A DNA stretch of 64,000 nt from Macrostomum lignano (GCA_002269645.1 NIVC01000040.1:372001-436000); one strand, 5' to 3'. Numbered from the stretch's first letter, positions 48,001 to 62,256 are shown. The notes: generated by a model not told the origin, from the sequence alone. Made by a program: numbers and translations.

Positions 48001-49217
48001 CTTTGTAGGCTAATTCAGTTTTGTAATATGGTGATTTATTATTAAAAAATAATTAAGAGGAGGAGCAAGAAACATGAAGATTTCTTGCCATACAACTTAA
48101 AGTTCCAATGGAATCTATAATAGGGCCCTAGTTAATATGGCCTACTTATTTGAATAAGCCTAGCTTTGCTAGATAAATATAGGCCTAGGTATTAAGATAA
48201 AATTTATAATGCTGAGCTTAAAGTCTATTGATTAAAAATTAAAAATATAAATAGGCCTAACTATTGCAAGAGTTTGAGCTAGGCCCCACTTCATCCCAGC
48301 CTCAGTCAGTTCTAGGCCCCCCTACTAAAGCCAGATGTTTATTATTGTTCCAGAATATATTAGAAAATAAAGGGAAATATATTGCTAAAATTTTTCATAT
48401 AAATATAATTACAAATTACATAGTTATCCGGTAAGCCTGTGTCTTATGTTTCAGTTTCACTAGCTGCTCTGCTCGCAACTCATACTTAAAATAGTCGGCA
48501 ATTTGGGAATCCATAGGCCTATAACTTTATTACCTATGGTCTAACCTAGGCATGCATGCAAAAATGTTCTTCATGATCTTTTGATTTTGAAAGTAAGATG
48601 CCTGCATAGTCGGAATATTTAGGCCTATATTGTATCAATATCAATTTGTAGGCCTTTGTAGGCCTAGTTAAAGTTGTATAGGTCGATCAAGCTAGAGAAT
48701 GAAATGCAGAAAACTTAGTGGTAATATAATATTTAAAAGTCTATATTGTTTTGTATTACTGTAATGTACTTAATTCATAGTTTAATTTACTTTGCATCTT
48801 TATTCTATTACAATTTGTTTTTTTCCTTAGGCCCAGCTCTTATTCTAAAGTCGGGTCCTTCGATCAATCGATCTTTAATAATTCTTCTCTCCTGCAGGTC
48901 GCGCTGATCATCATCCTCTATTAAGATTAAAAAATGGCTTTATCTAGGATGTATCATACGGAATTAAGTAAATATACCTTACAATAAGGACCACTGCGGT
49001 ACAGCAGAACGTAAAACTCGACGATATCGTAATTGTTAGGCCTATTTCCTGGACAAAGATAGGAAAGAGCATTGCATTACGAAATAAATGATTGCATTTG
49101 TTTATGCTATTGCTAATATATTTACGAGCAGGTATAATTTCATATATTACATGTAGTTCCCACAATACATCCGTCATACATACACAAAATTAGTGCATAC
49201 AGCTTTGAGCTCATGAT

Positions 49218-50351
49218 AATATATATATATAGCGACACAGAGTAGCACACAAGACACAAAGAGATCTAGTTGACTAGGCGCGGACGCATTCGCAGAACAA
49301 TCGAGAGGGGCAAGTCATGGCGGACTGGGGGCTGAGCCCAATGGCCTGCAAGTCAGTCAGAAACGTACGTATCATTTAGCGTCACAGATTGGCCTTGTCA
49401 TGGCCACGCGGCGCAGGCGCTCAGTGGGTTGATGCAGGAGAGCCTGCGCCAGAGGATTTTGCTCGCCGCGGCCGTGGCTTCTTAGGCAGTGGCCAAGAAA
49501 CATCTGACGGCGTTTACGGATAGTGCAGCTGAGCGCGGGAACACCAGCGTGAGTCATCAGGTCCCATCAGGCCCCAGGGCATAGCGGAGCAGCGACCTGT
49601 AGTGAGCATCCAGGGCTTGCTGTCGCGTCGCAGTCATTGGCACAGCCTCCATGCCATATAGGAGAATCGGCTCAATGGCAGTGCGGAAAAGGCGCATCTT
49701 TAGGTCGTCGTCGCGCGAGCGGTTGAATTGAAGACACTCCTGAGCATGCGTGCCGCACGCCAGGCCTGAGTCCTCCTGTCAGAGACAATGGTGTCGGGGC
49801 TCAAGACAAGGGAGCCGAGGTAGCGGAAGTCCTCGCACACATTGACGACTTCTCCATTTGGAAGAGCTAGCGCAGGGGTAGTTGCAGTGCCCACGTGGAG
49901 CACCTCAGTCTTGGATGCGTTGATCACCAAGCCAACTCGGGTGCCCTCTTCGTAGAGTCTATAGACAGAGCCCGTTGGTTGGGCAGCAGCCGGATCGCGA
50001 AACAGAAGGGCAATGTAGTCAGCATAGACGAGAGCAGGCAGCGAGACGGCGGGATGTCGGGAGCTTCGGCGTGAGACCAGCACATAGCCATCATCTTCAC
50101 ACAGGCATCGGCGAAGAACATAGTCTACCACAACAATGAAGAGTAGTGGAGCCAGCGTGTCGCCCTGAAGGACGCCGGAAGTTGTGCTGAATTCTTCAGT
50201 GGGGCCGTCGCTCGACTGAACAAACGCTCTTGAATCGCTGTACAAGTCCATCACAGCAGCTACATGTACAAGTTCGGAAGGAACGCCATAGTAGGACAGA
50301 ATCCATGGAAGTGCAGGTCTGGATCAACGCGACCTGCAGGAGAGTCGAACG
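49218..50351 (-). pseudogene. 5'-truncated LINE (RTE-like) RT fragment with (TA)n 3' end
   Basis: KAFDS, LPWILSYYGVP, SGVLQGDTLAPLLF, LVYADYIALL, GLVINASKTEV, FRYLGS; frameshifted. Confidence 0.9.
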
Positions 50352-52264
50352 CTTCTCTCCTGCAGGTCGCGCTGATCATACCTTACAATAAGGACCACTG
50401 CGGTACAGCAGAACGTGAAGAAACATAGAGCTCATGAAATAAGCGTATAATATGAATACTAGGAAAATGAAACTCTACACAGCTAAAATACAAGAGTAAA
50501 ATTCTGTGTGTGGTAAATAAAAAATGATAATCGTCACTGTCCCAGCTTAAATGCAATCATTTATTTTGTGATGAAAACATGATTTTTTCCTAACTTTGCA
50601 GAATATTGATTACGAGAAATTGGCCACACTAAAAACAATACACTATCCTAAAGTTTTTCGTCCTGTTATACCAGTGGTCCTAATTTATTGTGATAGTAAA
50701 GAACACGAGGCGCTTCAGGTAGTACTCGTAGGTAGATTAATTGTATATCCGTATTTGTAGATCAATTGATTACTTTTTTATCAACCTCACATTACAAGTG
50801 CATATGGGTCCTAATGCGAAAAGCAGTTATGTACAGTAACATTCTATATTATGTTAATGTAGATTAGTCTTTCTACAGCTAGTGTACGTCCGCAATCCGC
50901 ATTAAAATAACAAGTTTTGATTTACTAAAATTACAAATGAAACATCAGAGATATATATTTTTTGTTTAACTAAATATTATAGTAATGGATTTTTGCGTAG
51001 CGGTTATAAGTATAGATTTTATTTTTTATTTCGCGTTTAGATTCAAAACAACACTAAATAAGCATAAGAAGTAAACAGAGAAGCATTAAGCAGATTACAC
51101 AGTCATCTCTTTCAGCGGTTATTTTTAAATGGTTTTATAAGGTAAATATAATGATAGCAAGTACGTACGGTTTATACCGGATTATTTAATAAATAGATAA
51201 GCATACTAAGACGCACAAAATTTCTTGTTTAAGAGATACAGAAAATAGTAGAGCGTTCGTAATATTTTGCGATGTTAACTAACTTAAAATAATTATGATT
51301 TAATAAGCGAATGGTGAAAAAAACAGAAAGATTGTAATAATTGGTTACCATTCCGATGATTCTTATTATTACTATGAAATAATCGTAAATAAATCAGCGA
51401 GCAATGAACAATCATTTAAACTGCCTAATAAACTTTTTAACTACAACAATGACAGATGACTCTGCTTACCACAGAAACTTCCCATTGCGAACACAACAAT
51501 CCAATTCATAACAAACATAAGGATAAACTCCCAAGCTGCTTTCCGTATCGAACTGTAAAAACGTAAGGCGAAATTAGCAATAAGAAAATTGCAAAAAATA
51601 CACACAGTGCCAGCGAAAACAACTAAATGGATCAAGCCGCAGGCAAGCAGATTCATTAATTTCTAAACTAAAGTTGTGAAAAATTCATATTTAAAGTGTA
51701 GTTATAATACTAAAGTTTGAAAACAGAAAATATTGACAGCTTGTCAAATAAAAGTAATGCTCGACCTTTCTGATTATATTGTAGTTTTCTCCAAAATTAT
51801 CTGAAAAGTTTCGCGTCAATAATTTGATTTTTTCCAAAAAACTAACGTAGACGAGCTTTCAATATAATCTGATTATTATATAATATTATTGAAAATAGCC
51901 TATAGCACAATGAAATAAATTAATGAATTTTTCTAATAAAATATTTATCTAAGCGAAATAAATAAAGCAGCGAACCGAGAAAAAAGCTTATAAATTTTCT
52001 CAAATCGAGAAAAGCTATTGAAAACCGACGTCGAGGTATGGGGCGAAAAACGAGTAAGTTTTAATTGTTTGTTTTTTTATTCAAATGATTCGGGCATAAA
52101 AAGAAGGAAGAAGCGAAACAGCGGGTTTCTGTGCGCGCCAAAAAATTGCAGAATCATATTAGTAGCTAATAAGTTTTATTAATGTCCTCTTCTGCCGCCA
52201 AGTCATTCGGTTTTTAATCAGTCTAGATAGGGCCTGAAAATAAGATGTTTATGTGTGAGTGGTT

Positions 52265-52500
52265 GCGTTAATTGGGGCTATGGGGCAGGTAGGGAGTGAG
52301 GTGGGTGTTAATTGGGGCTATGGGGGCAGGTAGGGAGTGAGGTGGGTGTTAATTGGGGCTATGGGGGCAGGTAGGGAGTGATGCGGGTGCTAATTGGGGC
52401 TTGGGAGGGCAGGTAGGGATTGAGGTGGGTGCTAATTGGGGCTTGGGAGGGCAGGTAGGGAGTGAGGTGGGTGCTAATTGGGACTTGATAGGGCAGTTAG
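52265..52500. repeat. Approximately 41-bp G-rich minisatellite, about 6 copies
   Basis: AATTGGGGCTATGGGGGCAGGTAGGGAGTGAGGTGGGTGTT. Confidence 0.9.
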
Positions 52501-53136
52501 GGAATAAGGTAGAAATAAACCAAAAGTGTGTTAAATCCTCTCACCATATAAATAATTATTTTCAAGCCGCTATAGCAAACACAGGGCAGGCGGACGAACA
52601 GATGAAGACCAGAATTTATTCGGATCAGTTGGTGGTACCTGAAATGCGTGTGTTTATTTAAGTAAATCAATGCTACATTAAATAAATTGATATTTTTCAA
52701 CCGCCTGAAAGCATAATTTTCAAAATCATGCAACTTGGTTATTTAATAACATTAATTATACTAGCTCTGTAATTTAGTACCTAAATTCAGCAAAGCAATA
52801 ATCACGATAACATGTACATTAGTAATTTAACGACTAATTTAAGAGCATTAATAATTTAAGCCAGTTTCAACCAATCAGAGACAGATATATAGGTACCAAT
52901 AAAATTATGACAGACAAATAATGCTAGTAAATAATGTGCGTTTAATTAGGCTGTGCATATCCGTTAGTTTTGCGTGTAGTGTGGCATGATAGAAAATCGG
53001 TGTAGGAGATTTCAGGTGATTTGAGAAATCAGTTAAGGATTGTTGGGAATTGAGTACAATGCCCTCGCGTATACCTGATTGCATTCTCAGATGTTAAACA
53101 GCGACAAAATTTCACTATTTGGCATCGCTATTTATG

Positions 53137-56100
53137 CTAATTAATTAATTTCTTCTTCTTGTTGCGACGCTTTTTCTTTCCACCCTGCTGCTGCTGCTGC
53201 TGTTCATCTTCTTCTGCCGGCTGAGTTTCGGCTTCATCGTCTTGACCAGCAGCTGACGCCATGGCGGCGGAAGCTTCATCAGGGTTTGCTTCATTTTCCG
53301 GAACACTCGAAACAGTCTGAGCGGGCTTCGGCTCTTCCTGCTCTACTTCCGGTTGCGCTTCCTGTTCTACTTCCGGTTGCGCTTCCTGCTCTACTTCCGG
53401 TTGCGCTTCCTGCTCTACTTCCGGTTGCACTTCCGGCTCTACTTCCGGTTGCACTTCCGCCTCTAATTCCGGTTGCGTTTCCTGTTCTACTTCCTGCTCT
53501 ACTTCCGGTACAGACTGCGGCGACGCTTCAACTAGCGGCTGCTGTAGCTGAATCGCCTCGACCGGAGCTGCTTGTGTCGCATAAATCGAAGTATGGACTT
53601 TGTTGATTTGCACATCGAATTGGGAGTTTATTGTTTGATTTATAAAAAGATAAAAAGGGAAGCTGGGTAGGGAAATATAATGGGATAATTATCTGAGTAC
53701 TGCAAACGGTGAGGTGTAGCAAAATAAACTGTAATATTAACTGGATAAAATATGTAATATCACAATAAATTAATAAAGTAATACGGGTGACTACATGTGC
53801 TAGATACGCGGGAGGCGGGTGACCAATGCAGCCAATGCAATAATATAACAAATGACAACACAAAAGTGACTAATAAACTAGCTTAAAATAATCAAACACA
53901 AACACGAAAACTATTGTTAAACTTTAGCTACTAATAGTAGGCTAATTAAACTACGGTGCATGGCATTCCATCGCTAGTGAGTTACGTTGGAAACAAAACC
54001 ATTTTAGGCGCGAAAATTTATTTTTTCACGGCTAATTCCTATTGTTCCTTGGTAGATTTTTAGGACACACACGTTTTTCTTGACAGACAGGCACAGACAG
54101 ACAGAACAAAACAGACAGACAGACAACCGCGGAGACAGCCGCTCAGCACTCGGGCATCCGGCTGCTACCTTCCACCGCCTTCAAAGCATCCCGGATGGCG
54201 TCGTCAACAATGCGATCGGCGGCAATTCGCAGATCGGCTTCCCGACCGTCTCCCTCGACGTCGCCGTCGTCGTCGTCGTCAACCAAGCTGACAACCTCGC
54301 GCCTTGTCCTGGTGATGACGCGGCGCTTAACAACACTGCCATCGGGCAGCTCCTCCTCAGTCTCCGTCACCTCCTCATCAACTTCATCATCGGCGCGTTC
54401 GACATCATCACCCCGACAATCGGCCTGGACAACGGCGCCGGAGATGTCCGGGTCGCAGCCTTCGGCCACGATTCGTTCGGTGACCTCTTGAACTACGCGA
54501 CGCTTGACGATCCGACGACGCACAATGCCACCGTCTGGCAGCGGCTCCTCGTAGTCGGAGACTTCGACGAACTCCTGAGCAGGCTTGGAGCTGATCAGCT
54601 CGCGGCACACCGTCAGGCTGTGCCGATGATCTGCGTTGATTGAAAAAAAAACGAATCGGTTTGAAAATTTTAACTACTATAAGTAGTTTCCGCTAGAAAA
54701 TCAAAATATTACCGGTACAACAGGGTCTTTTAGGTTTATGGAGGCTCTACTCTTTTTGAACTGCATAGCTTGTACTGCCATGTGAACCATATTAGGGAAT
54801 AGCGGCCAGTATTCGACTCCGGTCCAGATTCTGATATGCAAATGTCCACGCCTGTCCATGTCATGTCTCCCCGTCTACTCTTTTAATATCTACTTTTTCT
54901 AATACCCATTGTCTACTCTTATTTATATACTTTGTCTACTCTTCTAATTTCCTTTGTCTACTCTTCTAATTTCCTTTGTCTACTTTTAATCTCTCATTGT
55001 CTACTCTTCTTAATCTCCATTGTCTACTCTTCTTAATCTCCCTCGTCTACTCTTCTTAATCTCCCTTGTCTACTCTTCTTAATCTCCCTTGTCTACTCCT
55101 CTTAATCTCCCTTGTCTACTCTTCTTAATCTCACTTGTCTACTCCTCTTAATCTCCCTTGTCTACTCCTCTTAATCTCCCTTGTCTACTCTTCTTAATCT
55201 CCCTTGTCTACTATTCTAAACTTTATTGTCTAGTTCCGCATCTCCCTAGTCTGCTGCTCCTCTCTCCCTCCCTCTAAACCTCCGCGACTCCACTCTCTTA
55301 CCTCAGTCTAATTACAAAGTGAGACAATAAAATTAAAAAGCATCATATTTTCGGTGATGGTGCGTAAAGATGTTTAGATATCACGATACTGTTTTAAACT
55401 CTTTAGGAAGCCTGCCTCAGTCAATAAACGTTGCCTATAAGATTTGTCTGTACAATATACTAAGGTGAATCGATAGGGTGACGCAGAAATTAAAGAAAGT
55501 GCTTGCTGTACTTTTATATAGTGTACAAAGCACACAGAGTGCAGTTGAAAAAACCCAAAGAGCTTGCATTGGAATACAAACTAAATATAGTTTGCTAAAG
55601 TCGCCTAAATATGATTTCAGTTTTATCGCTTTCAAGAAACATTCGCGGCACATACTACTTATGTATTAATTCTATGAAAACGGCAAACTGTGAGTGGTTG
55701 TCGCTCTAATTCCTAATTTCCCATAGGAGAAACTGATTGCTCACTCAGTTTGATCAATCAAATTAAACTACAAACGACCTATATTATTTTAAACAACATT
55801 AATTAAAACAAAACTGACGAAAGATCCGTGATATGATGACGCTCTGGCTTTGAGGATACTGTTGATCAATGAATGAGATGATTACATCAACTGCAAAGCT
55901 AATCACCGAACTAATCTATGACACATTTATTAGCCAGTGTTTATAAGAAAGTTCCTACAAATAACGAAACAGGGCGCTTATTTAGAAAACTTAAAATAAG
56001 AAATCACAGTTCTGTTTTAAGGAAAAGCAAGGGGCAACCAACTGACCTGCAGACAACGACAATTTCTTTTAAAATTTAATTTCAAGTAGCTAACTGGACG

Positions 56101-56320
56101 GCTTTCAGGATAGATGGTAGTTTGATTTGTTTGATGGCGAGAGACTGCCCTTGACCAAATAATTCAATTTGAATTTTGCGAACTGTCTGCCTGCCTGCCT
56201 GCCTGTCGGTCTGTCTGTATGTCTGTCTTCCTGTCTGTCTGTCTGTCTGTCTGTCTGTCTTTCTGCATGTCTGTCTGTCTTTCTGTCTGTCTGTCTGTCT
56301 GTCTGTCAGTCTGTCTTTAG

Positions 56321-56365
<45 letters not shown>

Positions 56366-59300
56366 GCCTGTGTCCATAATCTACTCACACAAAAAGCCAG
56401 CTTCTATAGCTAATCAGACAGAACAGGCAATGCTAAATCTGCGCACATGCATGTGTACGCGCAGTAGGAGACGCCACAAAGTATTGGGAAGAAGTGCGAA
56501 CAGAATTTTATAGGTTAAAAAATTGCCCAACACATCTTGGCGCAAGTCTGTTTATAATTGAACAGTTATTTAAGCTACTGTAAGTAGTTATTCTAAACAA
56601 TTGGCGGTATTCAAGTTAATAAAACATATAGGCCTCACAGACACAGTCAGGGAACTGAGGCACAGACAGATGCTGGCCACATAAGCTATGGTTCTGTAAA
56701 TTGTGGAGGGCAATAAAAAAGTGAAATAGTTTTACTTTTACAAATATTTTTCTAGCAGAGAAAATCTATTTAAATTCCAAAGCCAGCGAGGGGGGGGAAT
56801 CATACGAGTAGATTCGTTTGTGTTTAAATTTTTATTCGCAAATAAGTAGTGCACATTTTGTTTACTGCTAGTAGTAGCATAGGAAATAAACAATATAATA
56901 TAATGTAGTATTGAAAAGTCGATATATACTACTGATAGAATGCAAGCATATAAAATTAGTTATTGAAAAAACGCTCAAACTACTTAAATAAAAAGATGTA
57001 TATAGAGCTTACCTAATAGAAGAGCAGATCTGACCGACTCTTCACCCTTATGGACATCATTAGTAGACACAGAAGCACCGGAAGCCAACGGCCAAGTTAA
57101 GCCAAAATGTTGATCTTGTTGTTGTTGTTGCTGTTGCAGAAGTTGTCTAGTATCTAGATCTCGATATTGATCATCCATCAATCCATCAATCACTCAATCA
57201 ATCAAAATTCACCCGCATACTGAATTCAAAACATGCATGTGCCAACAAGCCTTTTTTTAATAAAATAAGAAATTTAGAATTTTATTAAAATATTTTTAAG
57301 AAGGAACAAACAATTCAGTAGTTAGTGCTTTAAGAATAGCAAGAGGAATATAAAGTGTGCTTTATAAAATTTAAAATTTAATGAGGAGATGACACTCTGT
57401 GTGATAGCTGTATAAGTAATAAGGATTATTTTTATTGATAAAGCCTTTCTCACCATCTTTCTCACCGCCTTCTTGCTGGTTGTCTGGTGGTTAAAATTAA
57501 AAAATGAAACTTTATTGTGGGCGCCTTAGGGATTTTAGGATTTTAAAATCGGGATTTTGGGATATTAGTAGGATCGGAATATTTGGGAATTAAGGATTGG
57601 GATATTTGTGATTTTGAGATTGGGATAATTGGGGATTTGGGGATTGGGATATTTGGGATTTCAGGATTGGGATATTTGGTATTTGGGGATTGGGATATTT
57701 GGGATTTCAGGATTGGGATATTTGGTATTTGGGGTTTGGGATATTTGGTATTTGGGGATTGGGATATTTGGTATTTGGTGATTGGGATATTTGGGATTTC
57801 AGGATTGGGATATTTGGGATTTCAGTATTGGGATATTTGGTATTTGGGGATTGGGATATTTTGGATTTTACGATTGGGATATTTGGGATTTCGGGATTGG
57901 GATATTTGGTATTTGGGGATTGGGATATTTGGTATTTGGGGATTGGAATATTTGGGATTTCGGGATTGGAATATTTGGGATTTCGGGATTGGGATATTTA
58001 TGATTCCGACTAAATGAAAAATAATAACCACTAACAAATAAAACTCCTACCAAGATCCTCTTGCTCCTGCTCGTGGCGCTGCAGATCATCCTGACGCTCC
58101 ATAACGCCCTCAGCGAATTGCCTGGCCTCTTCTTTGAGTCGGGCTTCGTCGTCGGCGTCTTCCGCTCGTTCGGCGGGCGACGGCGGCGGCGTGTGGCGCT
58201 GCGGCGGCGCCGTGTGGCTCACTGGGGCGGCCTGGGGCGTGTCGACTTCTGAGCACGACCGAATCAGAAAAGGGATAGAATTGTTAGCTGTGGACGTTTT
58301 ACTGTTTGCAATGGATAGAATAGATTTGTTATGGGCTACTGCTGGCCCGTGACTTGCTGTTCGTTAGTTCTGAGTGTTTTGGATTCTAGAATTGGGGGTC
58401 AATGGGATTCTAGAGTTGGGGATCATTGGGGATTTTAGAATTGGGGGTCAATGGGATTCTAGAATTGGGGGTCATTGGGATTCTAGAGTTGGGGATCATT
58501 GGGGATTCTAGAGTTGGGGATCATTGGGGATTCTAGAATTGGGGATCATTGGGATTCTAGAATTGGGGGTCATTGGGATTCTAGAGTTGGGGGTCATTGG
58601 GATTCTAGAATTGGGGGTCAATGGGATTCTAGAGTTGGGGATCATTGGGGATTCTAGAATTGGGGATCATTGGGATTCTAGAATTGAGGATCATCGGGAT
58701 TCAAGGATTGGGGATCATTGGGATTCTAGAATTGAGGATCATCGGGATTCAAGGATTAGGGATCATTGAGATTCTAGAATTGGGGATCATTGGGGATTTT
58801 AGAATTAGGGATTTAGGGATTTAAGAATTAGGGATCATTGGGATTCAAGGATTGGGGATCATTGGGATTCTAGAATCGGGGATAATTGGGATTCTAGAAT
58901 TGGGGATCATCGGGATTCAAGGATTGGGGATCATTGGGATTCTAGAATCGGGGATAATTGGGATTCTAGAATCGGGGATAATTGGGATTCTAGAATTGGA
59001 GATCATTGGAAATTCTAGAATCGGGGATAATTGGGATTCTAGAATCGGGGATAATTGGGATTCTAGAATCGGGGATAATTGGGATTCTAGAATTGGGGAT
59101 CATTGGAAATTCTAGAATCGGGGATAATTGGGATTCTAGAATCGGGGATAATTGGGATTCTAGAATCGGGGATAATTGGGATTCTAGAATTGGGGATCAT
59201 TGGGGATTTTAGAATTGGGGATCATTAGGGATTCAAGGATTGGGGATCATTTGGAATCTAGAACTGGGGATCATTGGGGATTCTAGAATTGGGGATAATT

Positions 59301-62256
59301 GGGATTCTGGAATTGGAGATCATTGGGGATTCTAGAATTGAGGATCATTGGGATTCAAGGATTGGGGATCATTAGGATTCTAGAATTGGGGATCACTGGG
59401 ATTCAAGGATTGGGGATCATTAGGATTCTAGAATTGGGGATCATTGGGATTCAAGGATTGGGGATCATTGGGGATTTTAGAATTGGGGATCATTAGGGAT
59501 TCAAGGATTGGGGATCATTTGGAATCTAGAACTGGGGATCATTGGGGATTCTAGAATTGGGGATCACTGGAATTCAAGGATTGGGGATCATTGGGATTCT
59601 GGAATTGGGGATCATTGGGATTCAAGGATTAGGGATCATTAAGATTCTAGAATTGGGGATCATTGGGGATTCTAGAATTGGGGATAATTGGGATTCTGGA
59701 ATTGGAGATCATTGGGGATTCTAGAATTGAGGATCATTGGGATTCAAGGATTGGGGATCATTAGGATTCTAGAATTGGGGATCATTGGGATTCAAGGATT
59801 GGGGATCATTAGGATTCTAGAATTGGGGATCATTGGGATTCAAGGATTGGGGATCAATAGGGATTCTAGAATTGGGACCACAGAGATTTACGATCTAGAC
59901 AGACAAATTTCATAGTTTATGTTGCTATTCTTGTCTTAATAACGCTTTGAAAAACGTCAGAGTTCACATGCACTGATCGTATTGTCGAGTTCAAACTGAG
60001 CATGCTTTTAAATTTTGAATGAGTTATTTTCAGCACATAAAATGTCATCTTGAACTTCTTTAAGGACAGACAAATTAATGTAGATTTCCATATCGATGAC
60101 CAGCATTCAAAGACTGTTTAATATTGTTGATCAACGAAGAATTCCGATAAAAAACATGTTGGTTCAAACTGTCGTGCGACACAACAAACAAGAAAAAAAC
60201 TGCTTTTACGAGATTAAAAAGTTGGTGCAACAATGCAACTTTGCAAGGCAGGATATAAGAAAAAAGAAACGGTGAAGTCTATGCTTATCTATAAAATTGT
60301 TATATTTTTGTTAATTTATTGAACTAAACTGGAGTGACAGTGAGTAAAGTACTGAGTAGAGAGAGGGTGAGAGGGAGACAGCAGAGAGATGGAGACAGTA
60401 AAGAGGGAGACAGCAGATATGGTGAGAGGGAGACAGCAGAGAGGCTGAGAGGGAGACAGCAGAGAGGCTGAGAGGGAGACAGCAGAGAGGCTGAGAGGGA
60501 GACAGCAGAGAGGGTGAGAGGGAGACGGCAGAGAGGCTGAGAGGGAGACGGCAGAGAGGCTGAGAGGGAGACAGCAGAGGGTGAGAGGGAGACAGCAGAG
60601 ATGCTGAGAGGGAGACAGCAGAGATGGTGAGAGGGAGACAGCAGAGAGGATGAGAGGGAGACAGCAGAGAGGCTGAGAGGGAGACAGCAGAGAGGCTGAG
60701 AGGGAGACAGCAGAGGGTGAGAGGGAAACAGCAGAGAGGCTGAGAGGGAGACAGCAGAGGGTGAGAGGGAGACAGCAGAGAGGCTGAGAGGGAGACAGCA
60801 GAGAGGCTGAGAGGGAGACAGCAGAGAGGCTGAGAGGGAGTCAGCAGAGGGTGAGAGGGAGACAGCAGAGAGGCTGAGAGGGAGTCAGCAGAGGGTGAGA
60901 GGGAAACAGCAGAGAGGTTGAGAGGGAGACAGCAGAGAGGCTGAGAGGGAGACAGCAGAGGGTGAGAGGGAAACAGCAGAGAGGTTGAGAGGGAGACAGT
61001 AAAGAGGCTGAGAGGGAGACAGCAGAGAGGCTGAGAGGGAGACAGCAGAGAGGGTGAGAGGGAGACGGCAGAGAGGCTGAGAGGGAGACGGCAGAGAGGC
61101 TGAGAGGGAGACAGCAGAGGGTGAGAGGGAGACAGCAGAGATGCTGAGAGGGAGACAGCAGAGATGGTGAGAGGGAGACAGCAGAGAGGATGAGAGGGAG
61201 ACAGCAGAGAGGCTGAGAGGGAGACAGCAGAGATGGTGAGAGGGAGACAGCAGAGGGTGAGAGGGAAACAGCAGAGAGGCTGAGAGGGAGACAGCAGAGG
61301 GTGAGAGGGAGACAGCAGAGAGGCTGAGAGGGAGACAGCAGAGAGGCTGAGAGGGAGACAGCAGAGGGTGAGAGGGAGACAGCAGAGAGGCTGAGAGGGA
61401 GACAGCAGAGAGGCTGAGAGGGAGACAGCAGAGAGGCTGAGAAGGAGACAGCAGAGGGTGAGAGGGAGACAGCAGAGAGGCTGAGAGGGAGACAGCAGAG
61501 GGTGAGAGGGAAACAGCAGAGAGGTTGAGAGGGAGACAGCAGAGGGTGAGAGGGAGACAGCAGAGGGTGAGAGGGAGACAGCAGAGAGGCTGAGAGGGAG
61601 ACAGCAGAGAGGGTGAGAGGGAGACAGCAGAGGGTGAGAGGGAGACAGCAGAGATGCTGAGAGGGAGACAGCAGAGATGGTGAGAGGGAGACAGCAGAGA
61701 GGGTGAGAGGGAGACAGCAGAGAGGCTGAGAGGGAGACAGCAGAGAGGCTGAGAGGGAGACAGCAGAGAGGTTGAGAGGGAGACAGGTGAGGGTGAGATA
61801 GTGATAGTTAGAATTCCGTCTAAGACGCTACTGTCCTGAAGGGTAGCACAATTAGTCCGTTATTACAGAATGAAAAGCGCCAAGGCAATAAACGAAAACT
61901 AAAAAAACAAACAGACTGCACAACAGATCAATATCGAACTGAATTACAAAGAAAATAAAAGCTGAAAGATGCACCGCCCTCAATGTAGCGAGCGAAAGGC
62001 GACAATAGCTCTACTTGTAGTAGTACAAACCTTCGTCACCCTCAGGCGCCATAGACATGGCAGGCAACGAGTCCAATTTGCCTAGCAACTCTTCAACCGC
62101 TGCGGGGTCTTCTACAGCTGGTTCGCGACTAAGAGCGGTAATGTCCTCTTCTTGTACGGCTTCTTTGTTGTTTGATTGGGGATTATTGGGCAATTCAAGT
62201 TGAGAAGGATCCAGTGGAGATACGAATACGTTGTTAAATCGACAGGACTGGATCAA
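53137..62256 (-). CDS. 3' exons of an acidic low-complexity protein (5' end not identified)
   Basis: Candidate exons about 62031-62256, 58051-58248, 57013-57153, 54169-54630, 53137-53567. Internal lengths 198/141/462 with all introns phase 1. Two EE-LPDG-(I/V)V-RR-(I/V) motifs, QPEVEQEA repeats, basic C-terminus GGKKKRRNKKKK. Confidence 0.6.
54940..55230. repeat. 23-bp intronic minisatellite
   Basis: CTTGTCTACTCTTCTTAATCTCC. Confidence 0.92.
56185..56372. repeat. (CTGT)n microsatellite
   Basis: Direct reading. Confidence 0.95.
57570..58005. repeat. 23-bp intronic minisatellite
   Basis: TTGGGATATTTGGGATTTCAGGA / TTGGGATATTTGGTATTTGGGGA. Confidence 0.92.
58380..59880. repeat. 24-25-bp intronic minisatellite, about 1.5 kb
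   Basis: GGGATTCTAGAATTGGGGATCATT(G) with GGGATTCAAGGATTGGGGATCATT variants. Confidence 0.96.
60365..61790. repeat. 21-23-bp purine-rich minisatellite, about 1.4 kb
   Basis: GAGAGGGAGACAGCAGAGAGGCT / GAGAGGGAGACAGCAGAGGGT. Confidence 0.96.

Noticed and set aside
57583-59915. Gly/Ile/Trp-rich repeat ORFs
   Set aside because: Translations of intronic 23-25-bp minisatellites on the non-coding strand.
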